Origin: Macrostomum hystrix
Lineage: Eukaryota; Animalia; Platyhelminthes
Direction: 5' to 3'
Assembly: GCA_950097015.1 (NCBI GenBank)
Contig: CATNEN010000003.1
Location: forward strand, 1,736,001-1,800,000
DNA: 64,000 nt
Shown here: one piece after another, positions 1-13,867 of the stretch
Position numbering within the stretch: position 1 is the stretch's first letter
Layout of the letters: the number at the start of each line of letters is the position of its first letter
Program-made: the position numbers and the translations under genes
The notes under the pieces: generated by a model
The model's input: only the letters and a program-made list of their open reading frames with translations
What the model was told of the DNA's origin: nothing
Databases searched by the model: none

Positions 1-98
1 TGTAAAGATAAAACTGTGCTTTAGCTCACCCAGATAAAGGCTACATCACCCTTTTCTCCTTTTATTTCCTCTCACCCCAGTCTTATCGCACTTCCTTA

Positions 99-368
99 GG
101 GGGGTCGTAGCCTAGTGGTTAGAGCGTCGGACTCACAACTTGAAGGTCGAGGGTTCGATTCGAGACTCCGCTGGAAAAATGTATGCCTTTCTTAAGCAAG
201 GCACTTCAGTTCACCCAGCTGTTAAATGGGTACTATCATTAGCTTAAGAGGTAATTGAGGGTGGGTGTGACGTCCCCCCAGTCCATGGACTGAACAGCCG
301 TACGCAGCTATCAGATGGGGCTGTGCTGTCGGCTGCACATCGGGCCTAATTGGGGCAGGTGTTGTAAA
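99..368 (+). mobile_element. tRNA-derived SINE family A (CORE-like central domain)
   Basis: A box TAGCCTAGTGG, B box GGTTCGATTC, then AAGCAAGGCACTTCAGTTCACCCAGCTGTTAAATGGGTAC and an AT-rich tail; further copies elsewhere in the window. Confidence 0.85.
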
Positions 369-370
369 TC

Positions 371-655
371 TTTATTATTAAATATTTGCAGGAGGGCTGT
401 GGGCGATGGCCCATTATTTAGTGACACTAGACCCGCAGCCAGCGAGGAGGCAATTATGTCCATTTCGCTGATTCCTGAGCACACTCGCACACAGGTGTGT
501 ACATCTGCCCTGACTTTCTCATCGTCAGGCAGTGTACACTGTGCACTGTGCCTTGGAGGCAAATTGCACGACAAGCCCCCCAAGCCTTCTCTCCGCGGAA
601 TCGAGCTCAGGGACCTTGGTGCGAGAGGCAAACGGGTCAAAGGCTTAAACCAATT
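371..655 (-). mobile_element. SINE family B (tRNA-like head, hairpin body, TAA-rich tail)
   Basis: Shares its body with 21236-21452 (-) and 52262-52462 (+); the head GCACCAAGGTCCCTGAGCTCGATTCC resembles a tRNA T-arm. Confidence 0.75.
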
Positions 656-700
656 ATTATTACAAGCACAATTATAATTATTAGCTAGAGAAAAATCTAC

Positions 701-3700
701 CTCTAGCGAAGCCACTCTCGCGACGAGACCGACTCGGCCGTCGGCCCAGCACAGTTGACGCTCTCCTGCTCATTCTGGCCCGCAGATCCAAGTCGCTGCT
801 GCTGCCGCCGCCGCCGCCGCCGCTGCCACTGTCGCCATGGTGATGATCATGATGATGGTGCTGACGCATGGGATGCGTGTAGATACGCCAAGTGGCCATG
901 GTTGTAGCGTTTGCCGAGCAGGCGTAACAGCGCCACAGGCACTGGGGGTGGCGGAATCGGGCGGGTAAGGATTCTGGCATTGAAATATAAAAAGCAAAAA
1001 TCTCATTTAGAAACTTAAAATAAAAAACCACAATCCTCCCTATCAATACACCCTCTTACCGATCTTCTATCCCCACTTCCCCATCATGTGTCTTATCTTC
1101 CCTTTCTTCACTCTCTCTACCCAATCTCTTCCCCATTCTCAACCCCTCTCTTCCCCATTCTCTACCACTTTCTTCCCCATTCTCTACCCCTCTCTTCCCC
1201 ATTCTCTACCCCTCTCTTCCCCATTGTCTACCCCTCTCTTCCCCATTGTCTACCCCTCTCTTCCCCATTCTCTACCCCTCTCTTCCCCATTCTCTACCCC
1301 TGTCTTCCCCATTCTCTACCCCTCTCTTCCCCATTCTCTACCCCTCTCTTCCCCATTGTCTACCCCTCTCTTCCCCATTCTCTACCCCTCTCTTCCCCAT
1401 TGTCTACCCAATCTTTACCATCACCAACCATATATTCCCTCAAACCTACCTGAATCAGTGTCGCAGCAGCGGGTATCTGTCTATTAAAGTGCTTCTGACG
1501 CTGTTTCTGTTGCACCTTCAGAGCGAACCCGGAGCCTAATATACCCTGCAATGTTGTGGGATTGAAGAAAGCAGTTTTCTTGATTGACTTAATAAAAACA
1601 TGTCGGTTTATCCAGTCACGAACGGTATACTCACTGATTCTCCAATTTGTCAATCACTCATTCACCATCATATATGAATGATTATGTGTGTTAGCTACTC
1701 CGACATTCACCAACTATCTACTCACCCATTCACCAACTATCTACTCACCCATTCACCAACTATCTACTCACCCATTCACCAACTATCTACTCACCCATTC
1801 ACCAACTATCTACTCACCCATTCACCAACTATCTACTCACCCATTCACCAACTATCTACTCACCCATTCACCAACTATCTACTCACTCATTCACCAACTA
1901 TCTACTCACCCATTCACCAACTATCTACTCACCCATTCACCAACTATCTACTCACCCATTCACCAACATGTCTACCCACTCATTCACCAACTATCTACTC
2001 ACCCATTCACCAACTATCTACTCACCCTTTCACCAACTATCTACTCACCCATTCACCAACTATCTACTCACCCATTCACCAACTATCTACTCACCCATTC
2101 ACCAACTATCTACTCACCCATTCACCAACTATCTACTCACCCATTCACCAACTATCTACTCACCCATTCACCAACTATCTACTCACCCATTCACCAACTA
2201 TCTACTCACCCATTCACCAACTATCTACTCACCCATTCACCAACTATCTACTCACCCATTCACCAACATGTCTACCCACTCATTCACCTACATGTCCAAT
2301 CCCCAGAACTCACCGATGGCAAGGCAAAGAATGAAATGGCGAACACTGAAAAACATGAGGCCACAATCTTTCCAAGCCAGGTCTTGGGCACTGTGTCACC
2401 GTAGCCAATGGTTGTCACCGTGATAACTCCCCACCATAGCGCGTCAGCGTAGGATTTGAAATCATTCGACTGACCCTCCGGGTTGTTGTCCTTCTCGGCT
2501 AGGAACACAAAATATGACGAGAAGATCAGGCCTAGGAAACCGATGTACAAAGTGGTGATTAGTTCCTGCAAAGTTTCAAAAGGAAAATGGGCTTCGAAGA
2601 TTAATATTTAATCCTCATATAAATTTTATCAAAACTGCAGGCCATCGACTGAGAAGACGCCACAACCACACTGAATCACCCGCAGCTAATGCTGGTACCC
2701 ATTTTAACAGATGGGCGCAAATAGTTACAATTGAGTCAAGAATCGAACCCCCGACCTCGAAGTAGTGAGTTCGACTACTCACTACTGAAATAGAAAGAAA
2801 AAAAATGGAAACAGTTTACAAAAGCACCTGTCTGTGAATGTAGACCACACTACCGAGCAGCCTCCAAGTGCCGCCCTGTCTATCAACGTGCAGCATGCGA
2901 AGTATCTGTAGAAATCGAACACCGCTGAAAATTTGTTTCGAAAGTAGAAATTGATGGTAGAAGTTGATAGACAAAACAGAGAAAATTTATAGTAATATCA
3001 CTATCTGTTCTAAAATCCCTATCTGTTCTAAAATCCCTACCATTTCTAAAATCCCTACCTGTTCTAAAACCCTTAACTGTTCTAAAATCCCTACCTATTC
3101 TAAAACCCATACCGGTTTTAAAATACCTACCTGTTCTAAATCTCTACCTGTTCTTAAATATCTACCTGTTCTAAAATCCCTACCATTTCTAAAATCCCTA
3201 CCTGTTCTAAAATCCCTACCTGTTCTAATACCTTGTTCAAATACCTTGTTCTAAAAGCCCTACCTGTTCTACAATCCCTACCTGTTCTAAAATCCCAACC
3301 TGTTTTAAAACCCTTAAATGTTCTAAAATCTCTACCTGTTCTAAAATCCCTACCTGTTCTAATACCTTGTTCAAATACCTTGTTCTAAAATCCCTACCTG
3401 TTCTAAAACCTTTAACTGTTCTAAAATGCCTACCTGTTCTAAAATGCCTACCTTTTCTAAAGCCCTACCTGTTCTACAATCCCTACCTGTTCTAAAATCC
3501 GTACTATGATTCTAAAATCAACTATGTTATAATATTTCAACGTGTTCTGGAAATCCCGTCGGTTTCAAAATCGTTATCAACCATCTCTGACGAAAGCACA
3601 TTGTAAATATACTTTTAAACAACTTCTGCAACAGAATCTCACCGAATGGCCGAAGTGGCAAAAACCTGCCCGTTGCTGCCAAATGATAACACCACAATGC

Positions 3701-6700
3701 TAGCGATGACAACCACGAGATCTGCGCAATAGTGATAGCGGCGTGAAAAACATCATCTCTAATCAATAATTCAACAACGTTTTACAGAACAAATCTAGGT
3801 GAATGAAATGTAGCAGAAAAAACATTTTTTCGCAAACAACAGCTAAATTAAAAACGAAAAACACCAAACACAAAGCTGATTTAATTGAATTTTCAATCAA
3901 GGTTAGTGTGAAAATAAAAAAAAATTTTTAAACCACATATAATTTCTCTTATAATCTAACAGGCGAGATAATTTAATTAGAAATCTGTTTTTGAAGCACA
4001 AGTCAACTTATAGATTGCCTCCTCGCTGGCTGCGGGTCTAGCGTCACCAAACGATGTGCCATTGCCCGCAGCCCTCCTGCAAATATCACTCGTACTAAAT
4101 TATTACATCTATTTTAACTAATTTTAAAATTATTTTGCGATATTTAATACTACTTTAAGTAGACAAAACTCACCAATAATGCTAATTGGCTTCCTGGCGA
4201 ATCGGAGCCGGCCGCGCACGCCCATGTACTTGCTGCGACATCCGGCCGACCAAAGTCTTGTGCCGTACTCGAGACTGAAGAACACCACTAGAACAATTTC
4301 CTGAAAATAAGCAACAGCGGAGAATCATATTTATTTGAAATAGCAACAAATTAATGTAAAATCAACTATCGTTTAATTAGCTAACCATCCAAAACAGAGT
4401 TTCGTTAGCAAAGTTAGTGTACTCTTCAATAGTAGATAGGACGCTGAAGATGAGGCAGATCAGTACCATCATGAATCTGAAATTGTTATACTTTTTCTAG
4501 TTGACTTTTGGCGAAGCAAAACTGCCTCCTTTGTAGCAATCTAGCAGAGCAGTCCTTCAATTATATTAATCTACACATCTTCCCATCAATCTATTCATCC
4601 TTCGCATCTATCTTGTCATCTCGTATCCCCTTCCTAACTATCTATTCCCACTAACATCAGTCTATCGTATCACCATTCCGTCCATCTAACCCGACTTCCC
4701 AACACCCTGTCCCCCCTTAACTATCAATCTCTTCCCTCCTAATATCAATCTCTCCCCTGCTAATATCAATCTCTCCCCTTATCAATCTACCTTCTCTTCC
4801 TATTAATCTACTACCTCTTCCTATCAATCTACCCGCTCTTCCTATCAATCCACCCGCTCTTCCTATCCATCTACTACCTCTTCCTATCAATCTACCCGCT
4901 CAATTCCTATCAATCTACCTGCTCTTCCTATCAATCTACTACCTCTTCCTATCAATCTACCCGCTCTTCCTATCAATCCACCCGCTCTTCCTATCCATCT
5001 ACTACCTCTTCCTATCAATCTACCCGCTCAATTCCTATCAATCTACCTGCTCTTCCTATTAATCTACTACCTCTTCCTATCAATCTACCCGCTCTTCCTA
5101 TCAATCCACCCGCTCTTCCTATCCATCTACTACCTCTTCCTATCAATCTACCCGCTCAATTCCTATCAATCTACCTGCTCTTCCTATCAATCTACTACCT
5201 CTTCCTATCAATCTACCCGCTCTTCCTATCAATCCACCCGCTCTTCCTATCCATCTACTACCTCTTCCTATCAATCTACCCGCTCAATTCCTATCAATCT
5301 ACCTTCTCTTCCTATTAATCTACTACCTCTTCCTATCAATCTACCCGCTCTTCCTATCAATCCACCCGCTCTTCCTATCCATCTACTACCTCTTCCTATC
5401 AATCTACCCGCTCAATTCCTATCAATCTACCTGCTCTTCCTATCAATCTACTACCTCTTCCTATCAATCTACCCGCTCTTCCTATCAATCCACCCGCTCT
5501 TCCTATCCATCTACTACCTCTTCCTATCAATCTACCCGCTCAATTCCTATCAATCTACCTGCTCTTCCTATCAATCTACTACCTCTTCCTATCAATCTAC
5601 CCGCTCTTCCTATCAATCCACCCGCTCTTCCTATCCATCTACTACCTCTTCCTATCAATCTACCCGCTCAATTCCTATCAATCTACCTGCTCTTCCTATC
5701 AATCTACTACCTCTTCCTATCAATCTACCCGCTCTTCCTATCAATCCACCCGCTCTTCCTATCCATCTACTACCTCTTCCTATCAATCTACCCGCTCAAT
5801 TCCTATCAATCTACCTGCTCTTCCTATTAATCTACTACCTCTTCCTATCAATCTACCCGCTCTTCCTATCAATCCACCCGCTCTTCCTATCCATCTACTA
5901 CCTCTTCCTATCAATCTACCCGCTCAATTCCTATCAATCTACCTGCTCTTCCTATCAATCTACTACCTCTTCCTATCAATCTACCTGCTCTTCCTATCCA
6001 TCTACTACCTCTTCCTATCAATCTACCCGCTCTTCCTATCAATCCACCCGCTCTTCCTATCCATCTACTACCTCTTCCTATCAATCTACCCGCTCAATTC
6101 CTATCAATCTACCTGCTCTTCCTATTAATCTACTACCTCTTCCTATCAATCTACCCGCTCTTCCTATCAATCCACCCGCTCTTCCTATCCATCTACTACC
6201 TCTTCCTATCAATCTACCCGCTCAATTCCTATCAATCTACCTGCTCTTCCTATCAATCTACTACCTCTTCCTATCAATCTACCCGCTCTTCCTATCAATC
6301 CACCCGCTCTTCCTATCCATCTACTACCTCTTCCTATCAATCTACCCGCTCAATTCCTATCAATCTACCTTCTCTTCCTATTAATCTACTACCTCTTCCT
6401 ATCAATCTACCCGCTCTTCCTATCAATCCACCCGCTCTTCCTATCCATCTACTACCTCTTCCTATCAATCTACCCGCTCAATTCCTATCAATCTACCTGC
6501 TCTTCCTATCAATCTACTACCTCTTCCTATCAATCTACCCGCTCTTCCTATCAATCCACCCGCTCTTCCTATCCATCTACTACCTCTTCCTATCAATCTA
6601 CCCGCTCAATTCCTATCAATCTACCTGCTCTTCCTATTAATCTACTACCTCTTCCTATCAATCTACCCGCTCTTCCTATCAATCCACCCGCTCTTCCTAT

Positions 6701-9700
6701 CCATCTACTACCTCTTCCTATCAATCTACCCGCTCAATTCCTATCAATCTACCTGCTCTTCCTATCAATCTACTACCTCTTCCTATCAATCTACCCGCTC
6801 TTCCTATCAATCCACCCGCTCTTCCTATCCATCTACTACCTCTTCCTATCAATCTACCCGCTCAATTCCTATCAATCTACCTTCTCTTCCTATTAATCTA
6901 CTACCTCTTCCTATCAATCTACCCGCTCTTCCTATCAATCCACCCGCTCTTCCTATCCATCTACTACCTCTTCCTATCAATCTACCCGCTCAATTCCTAT
7001 CAATCTACCTGCTCTTCCTATCAATCTACTACCTCTTCCTATCAATCTACCCGCTCTTCCTATCAATCCACCCGCTCTTCCTATCCATCTACTACCTCTT
7101 CCTATCAATCTACCCGCTCAATTCCTATCAATCTACCTGCTCTTCCTATTAATCTACTACCTCTTCCTATCAATCTACCCGCTCTTCCTATCAATCCACC
7201 CGCTCTTCCTATCCATCTACTACCTCTTCCTATCAATCTACCCGCTCAATTCCTATCAATCTACCTGCTCTTCCTATCAATCTACTACCTCTTCCTATCA
7301 ATCTACCCGCTCTTCCTATCAATCCACCCGCTCTTCCTATCCATCTACTACCTCTTCCTATCAATCTACCCGCTCAATTCCTATCAATCTACCTGCTCTT
7401 CCTATCAATCTACTACCTCTTCCTATCAATCTACCCGCTCTTCCTATCAATCCACCCGCTCTTCCTATCCATCTACTACCTCTTCCTATCAATCTACCCG
7501 CTCAATTCCTATCAATCTACCTGCTCTTCCTATCAATCTACTACCTCTTCCTATCAATCTACCCGCTCTTCCTATCAATCCACCCGCTCTTCCTATCCAT
7601 CTACTACCTCTTCCTATCAATCTACCCGCTCAATTCCTATCAATCTACCTGCTCTTCCTATTAATCTACTACCTCTTCCTATCAATCTACCCGCTCTTCC
7701 TATCAATCCACCCGCTCTTCCTATCCATCTACTACCTCTTCCTATCAATCTACCCGCTCAATTCCTATCAATCTACCTGCTCTTCCTATCAATCTACTAC
7801 CTCTTCCTATCAATCTACCTGCTCTTCCTATCCATCTACTACCTCTTCCTATCAATCTACCCGCTCTTCCTATCAATCCACCCGCTCTTCCTATCCATCT
7901 ACTACCTCTTCCTATCAATCTACCCGCTCAATTCCTATCAATCTACCTGCTCTTCCTATTAATCTACTACCTCTTCCTATCAATCTACCCGCTCTTCCTA
8001 TCAATCCACCCGCTCTTCCTATCCATCTACTACCTCTTCCTATCAATCTACCCGCTCAATTCCTATCAATCTACCTGCTCTTCCTATCAATCTACTACCT
8101 CTTCCTATCAATCTACCCGCTCTTCCTATCAATCCACCCGCTCTTCCTATCCATCTACTACCTCTTCCTATCAATCTACCCGCTCAATTCCTATCAATCT
8201 ACCTTCTCTTCCTATTAATCTACTACCTCTTCCTATCAATCTACCCGCTCTTCCTATCAATCCACCCGCTCTTCCTATCCATCTACTACCTCTTCCTATC
8301 AATCTACCCGCTCAATTCCTATCAATCTACCTGCTCTTCCTATCAATCTACTACCTCTTCCTATCAATCTACCCGCTCTTCCTATCAATCCACCCGCTCT
8401 TCCTATCCATCTACTACCTCTTCCTATCAATCTACCCGCTCAATTCCTATCAATCTACCTGCTCTTCCTATTAATCTACTACCTCTTCCTATCAATCTAC
8501 CCGCTCTTCCTATCAATCCACCCGCTCTTCCTATCCATCTACTACCTCTTCCTATCAATCTACCCGCTCAATTCCTATCAATCTACCTGCTCTTCCTATC
8601 AATCTACTACCTCTTCCTATCAATCTACCCGCTCTTCCTATCAATCCACCCGCTCTTCCTATCCATCTACTACCTCTTCCTATCAATCTACCCGCTCAAT
8701 TCCTATCAATCTACCTGCTCTTCCTATCAATCTACTACCTCTTCCTATCAATCTACCTGCTCTTCCTATCCATCTACTACCTCTTCCTATCAATCTACCC
8801 GCTCTTCCTATCAATCTACTACCTCTTCCTATCAATCTACCCGCTCTTCCTATCAATCTACCCGCTCTTCCTATCAATCTACCCGCTCTTCCTATCCATC
8901 TACTACCTCTTCCTATCAATCTACCCGCTCTTCCTATCCATCTACTACCTCTTCCTATCAATCTACACGCTCTTCCTATCAATCTACCCACTCAATTCCT
9001 ATCAATCTACCCGCTCTTCCTATCCATCTACTACCTCTTCCTATCAATCTACACGCTCTTCCTATCAATCTACCCGCTCTTCCTATCAATCTACCCGCTC
9101 TTCCTATCAATCTACCCGCTCTTCCTATCCATCTACTACCTCTTCCTATCAATCTACCTGCTCTTCCTATCAATCTACTACCTCTTCCTATCAATCTACC
9201 CGCTCTTCCTATCCATCTACTACCTCTTCCTATCAATCTACCCGCTCTTCCTATCAATCTACTACCTCTTCCTATCAATCTACCCGCTCTTCCTATCAAT
9301 CTACCCGCTCTTCCTATCAATCTACCCGCTCTTCCTATCAATCTACCTGCTCTTCCTATCAATCTACCTGCTCTTCCTATCAATCTACTACCTCTTCCTA
9401 TCAATCTACCCGCTCTTCCTATCAATCTACCCGCTCTTCCTATCAATCTACCCGCTCTTCCTATCAATCTACCCGCTCTTCCTATCAATCTACCCGCTCT
9501 TCCTATCAATCTACCCGCTCTTCCTATCAATCTACCCGCTCTTCCTATCAATCTACCCGCTCTTCCTATCAATCTACCCGCTCTTCCTATCAATCTACCC
9601 GCTCTTCCTATCAATCTACCCGCTCTTCCTATCAATCTACCCGCTCTTCCTATCAATCTACCCGCTCTTCCTATCAATCTACCCGCTCTTCCTATCAATC

Positions 9701-10633
9701 TACCCGCTCTTCCTATCAATCTACCCGCTCTTCCTATCCATCTACTACCTCTTCCTATCAATCTACACGCTCTTCCTATCAATCTACCCGCTCTTCCTAT
9801 CAATCTACCCGCTCTTCCTATCCATCTACTACCTCTTCCTATCAATCTACACGCTCTTCCTATCAATCTACACGCTCTTCCTATCAATCTAGCCGCTCTT
9901 CCCATCAATCTAGCCGCTCTTCCTATCAATCAACCCGCTCTTCCTATCAATCTACCCGCTCTTACTGTCAATCTACACACTCTTTCTATCAATCTACTAC
10001 CTCTTCCTATCAATCTACCCGCTCTTCCTATCAATCTACCCGCTCTTCCTATCAATCTACCCGCTCTTCCTATCAATCTACCCGCTCTTACTGTCAATCT
10101 ACACGCTCTTTCTATCAATCTACTACCTCTTCCCATCAGTCTACCCGCTCTTACTGTCAGTCTAAACCCCTATTATTGCCATCAATCCGCCCCACACGGC
10201 CTCACACGCGGCCTCACACGGTGAAATGATAGCTGAAACACTTCCAACCAGTGGGCCTCTCCAAGAAGTTATAGATTTTAGTCTGCATTGACACAGTGGA
10301 AGTCTGCAGTCGCGCCCGTTGCAGTTGGTAGCGATGCAACAGCATTGCCTGAGCCTGCTTAGTTGTTCGCTCAATTTCAATAGCGGTGTTAGTCAGCGGC
10401 CTTGCCGGGCCCTTCCTGGCATCGATAGGACCCTCATCGTCCACGTCCGCTTCGTCGGCTTGTTCGCCGAGTTCGTCATCCCTACCGCCGCCAGAGTCGT
10501 TTAATCTTTTTAAAGCGAAATAACCGGGCGTTGCTGGTTTATTTTCAAAGGCCAGTCGACGCCTATTCGCGGGTGTCACGCCGCTAACCCCGGGACGACA
10601 GCCGACATTGGGTGGCTGCGCTGCGCTAGCCAT
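701..10633 (-). CDS. KCNQ1: KCNQ1-type voltage-gated potassium channel; 8 coding exons seen, 3' part lies beyond the left edge
   Basis: Exons read by hand with GT-AG borders and consistent phase: 10633-10218 (..[20 protein letters not shown]), 4476-4386 ([15 protein letters not shown]..), 4300-4174 ([35 protein letters not shown]), 3721-3643 ([17 protein letters not shown]), 2924-2828 (S4, [25 protein letters not shown]), 2565-2314 (S5, pore TIGYGD, S6), 1545-1450 ([32 protein letters not shown]), 941-701 (CLWRCY..). The [15 protein letters not shown] and [16 protein letters not shown] motifs are of the KCNQ1 type. The start is taken as the first in-frame ATG. Confidence 0.93.
1100..1412. repeat. 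22-bp minisatellite (CCCCATTCTCTACCCCTCTCTT) in a KCNQ intron
   Basis: Tandem units visible directly. Confidence 0.95.
1703..2292. repeat. 23-bp minisatellite (CATTCACCAACTATCTACTCACC) in a KCNQ intron
   Basis: Tandem units visible directly. Confidence 0.95.
2640..2785 (-). mobile_element. Degenerate SINE family A fragment
   Basis: GCTGGTACCCATTTTAACAG and GAATCGAACCCCCGACC match the other family A copies. Confidence 0.6.
3003..3520. repeat. About 19-bp minisatellite (TTCTAAAATCCCTACCTGT), degenerate
   Basis: Tandem units visible directly. Confidence 0.9.
4015..4085 (+). mobile_element. SINE family B 3' tail fragment
   Basis: ATTGCCTCCTCGCTGGCTGCGGGTCTAG..CAGCCCTCCTGCAAATAT matches the reverse complement of 381-454. 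Confidence 0.7.
4780..10160. repeat. 21-bp minisatellite (TCAATCTACCCGCTCTTCCTA) with a 128-bp higher-order period over about 4790-8700, in KCNQ intron 1
   Basis: The CAATTCC variant recurs at 4901, 5029, 5157 and onward (128 bp = 6x21+2). Confidence 0.97.
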
Positions 10634-11037
10634 GGGCCGTGTGTTTCGATTGCCGAATAATTTAGAAATAACTGGCACATCTATGTTTAATTAACTCAAC
10701 ATTCTGAACTAGCTGGAAATAATCAATTATTTTCATTTTAATAACTGATTCTAAGTACACTAGCACTGCTGGAGTTCGTTGATTGGACGCCTGTTCTGAT
10801 TGGCCGGCTCTTTGATTTAAATTTTTTGTATTGAACCTAACTAATTCTTTGTGTCAACTGGATTGGAATCGAAACAAGGAAATTGTAGGGAAAAACTGAA
10901 GACCAGAAAAGGTAAATTAATTAAAGGACAGAGGGTGGACTGAATTGTAATGGCTAGATTGAATTGGCATTGAAGGCAATTAAGGCTGGAGGGGGTAGAT
11001 TGAAGGGTAGGGGGGATAGGGTAAAAAGTATGGTAAG

Positions 11038-11400
11038 TGTAGGGTAGAGAAGGTAGACAGGTTGTAGGGTAGAGTGGGTAGACTGATTGTAGGGTAGAGA
11101 GGTTAGACTGATTGTAGGGTAGAGTGGGTAGACTGATTGTAGGGTAGAGAGGGTAGACTGATTGTAGGGTAGAGTGGGAAGACTGATTGTAGGGTAGAGT
11201 GGGTAGACTGATTGTAGGGTAGAGAGGGTAGACTGATTGTAGGGTAGAGTGGGTAGACTGATTGTAGGGTAGAGAGGGTAGACTGATTGTAGGGTAGAGA
11301 AGGTAGACAGGTTGTAGGGTAGAGAAGGTAGACTGATTGTAGGGTAGAGAGGGTAGACTGATTATAGGGTAGAGAGGGTAGACTGAATGTAGGGTAAGAG
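11038..11400. repeat. 25-bp minisatellite (GTAGGGTAGAGAGGGTAGACTGATT)
   Basis: Tandem units visible directly. Confidence 0.93.
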
Positions 11401-12099
11401 AGGTTAGATTCATCATTAGAGAGGGTACATAATGGGAAGAGGGATTGTTAGAGGTTGGTCTTTAAGCGAATACCTACTCAATGTGTGCTCAGGAATCAGC
11501 AGATTGAGCAGATTGGCCACCTGGCTGTCTGAGATATACGTCTAAAATATTCTTCGTTTTTTATTATACTTGAATGAGAAAACTGCAGCTCGGAGGTCGT
11601 GAGTTCGATTCTCAACCCTAAGAAAATGTTAGCGTCATTGAGTAAATTTGTATTATTTTAGTTAATATCTAAGCCGTTAATTTCTGATGTTGATTGATAA
11701 TATTTTTAGATTATCGATTCAAATCGGATCAATATTAGCAAACGCGCAGGAATAAAATCCGTTATAAATGCACACGTACTCATATTTAATGAAGTGTTAT
11801 TGCAAGTTAAAAGCTATATTGTAAGAAATACACCCATTTAGGATGTTGTTCGTATAGTTTAGCACCGATGGTCGTATTGTGTTATTGCTTAAGAAGGCGC
11901 CAACAATAAATCGATTAGATCCAGTTTATTGGTTTAAAAACGAACTTTATATTATGGTTTTATCGCGTTAATACGCGTCAAAAACTGATATTGAATTACT
12001 TACTTGCTAAACACTTGTCTTATTGTTAGCAAAAGGGATAAAAAGACATATGAAAGTGGAATATATTATTCAAGAAATTGGAAAAGTGAGAAATAAATG

Positions 12100-12845
12100 T
12101 ATAAATTAAAATAAATCAATAAATCAAAAATTCAATAAATCGATAAATCGAAAAAGCGATAAAAATATCATAATAAAAAAAATAGAGAAATAAAAAAAGC
12201 GATAAATCGAAAAAATCAGTAAATCGATAATCTGAAAGTCTATAAAAAATTATAGAAATTTCAATAATTGATAAATGTAAATAAAAAATATATAAAAAAG
12301 TCAGAAAATATAAAATCTAAAAAATTAAAATATAAAAAATCCACAAATTTAAAAATCATTAAATCGGTACATCAAAAAAATCGATAAATATGTAAAAAAA
12401 TCGATAAATGAAAAAGTCAATAAACGAAAACGAATATAATTATATAACGAATAATATAAACGAATATATTTAATATTAAAAAATAAATGAATTGTATAAA
12501 CTAAAATAATCAATAAAGTTAAAAAAAACAAAAAATCGATAAATCGAAAAATCGATAAATCGAAAAATCGATAAATCGAAAAAATCGATAAATCGAAAGA
12601 ATCGATAAATCGAAAAAATCGATAAATCGAAAAAATCGATAAATTGAAAGAATCGATAAATCGATAAATCGATAAAATCGATAAATCGATAAAATCGATA
12701 AATCGATAAAATCGATAAATCGATAAAATCGATAAATCGATAAAATCGATAAATCGATAAAATCGATAAAATCGATAAATCGATAAATAAAAAAAATCGA
12801 TAAAAAAGTCGAAAAAATCTATAAATCGATAAATAGAAAAATCAA
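12100..12845. repeat. A-rich low-complexity region with an (AATCGATAA)-type array at about 12530-12790
   Basis: Repeated ATCGATA(A) units. Confidence 0.85.
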
Positions 12846-13567
12846 TAGAATTAATTGAGGATTTAATTTGAAGAGTTCTGTCATTTCAACTTTTTAAATT
12901 TTATTTTCATCTACTAATGCCACTTTCGTATGTCTCTAGCATTCCGTAAATAGTGTTGTTAAAAAGCAAGTTTTGGAAAAAATGAAGTTAAAAAGTTAAA
13001 AAGCAAAGCATGTTAAAACATTTTTACTGTGAATCGTCCATTCATCCACTTGTCTTTGCAACCTGAAATTTTCTTACGCTCAAAAACACATCGATTGTAT
13101 TTTTCACAAGTTAGTTTTTCGACTAAGAAACTAACTGGACAACTAAGTAAAGAACAACAGCGACACAACAAGTCAAGAAATAAACCAATAGAATGAATAA
13201 ATATCTAGTCAGACTTAACATTTATATTTGAAAATTTCATTTCAACAAGTACAAATTAAACACAATCATTTAATTATTTTTTTAAACAGAATAAGCAGAG
13301 ATTAACACCAAACACCAGACAGAAGCAAACACCAACATTATAAGCTATTAGCTGATAGACACACGGAGTTATAAATATTTTATTGACAAGAAAAATCAAG
13401 TGCTTCAGATACTAATTTTAATATAATAGGAGTAAAACTAAATTTTATTAAGTGAAATAGATTAACAAAGAAAAATAATGAATAACAAACAAGCTTTCCA
13501 ATCAAATCTTGAAACTCGATATTTCGCCTTCACAAACTTGTACTTTTAACAAAAACTCGTGACTCGT

Positions 13568-13750
13568 TAATTGAAGGACCAGGTGAATGGGGATATCTCA
13601 AGGTTACTGAATTGAAGGACCAGATGAATGAGGATAACTCAAGGCTACTGAATAGAAGGACCAGGTGAATGGGGATAACTCAAGGCTACTGAATTGAAGG
13701 ACCAGGTGAATGGGGATAACTCAAGACTACTGAATTGAAGGACCCACTGA
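13568..13750. repeat. 41-bp tandem repeat, about 4.5 copies
   Basis: TTGAAGGACC or a variant at 13571, 13612, 13653, 13694, 13735. Confidence 0.9.
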
Positions 13751-13867
13751 ATCGAACTAGAGAAGAAACAATAGATTTACTGTATCACACAGTTCTTTCT
13801 TCTTCTTACATCTAAAAATGGCCCTTCAAACAAATTTCCGCATCCGATTCTGAATCTGACCGAAAAA

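Noticed and set aside
99-175. tRNA gene (also 20690-20765 and the other SINE heads)
   Set aside because: Imperfect stems and direct continuation into a shared SINE body
505-535. Hammerhead ribozyme core (CTGACGA..GAAA on the minus strand of SINE B)
   Set aside because: Only 3 nt lie between CUGANGA and GAAA (no stem II), and the segment folds as a simple hairpin
8683-10136. RLIGRAG-repeat ORFs, and similar repeat ORFs at 1086-2423, 10841-11416, 17021-18110, 22404-24676, 25340-25987 and 36554-37587
   Set aside because: Translations of intronic or intergenic tandem repeats with no coding evidence
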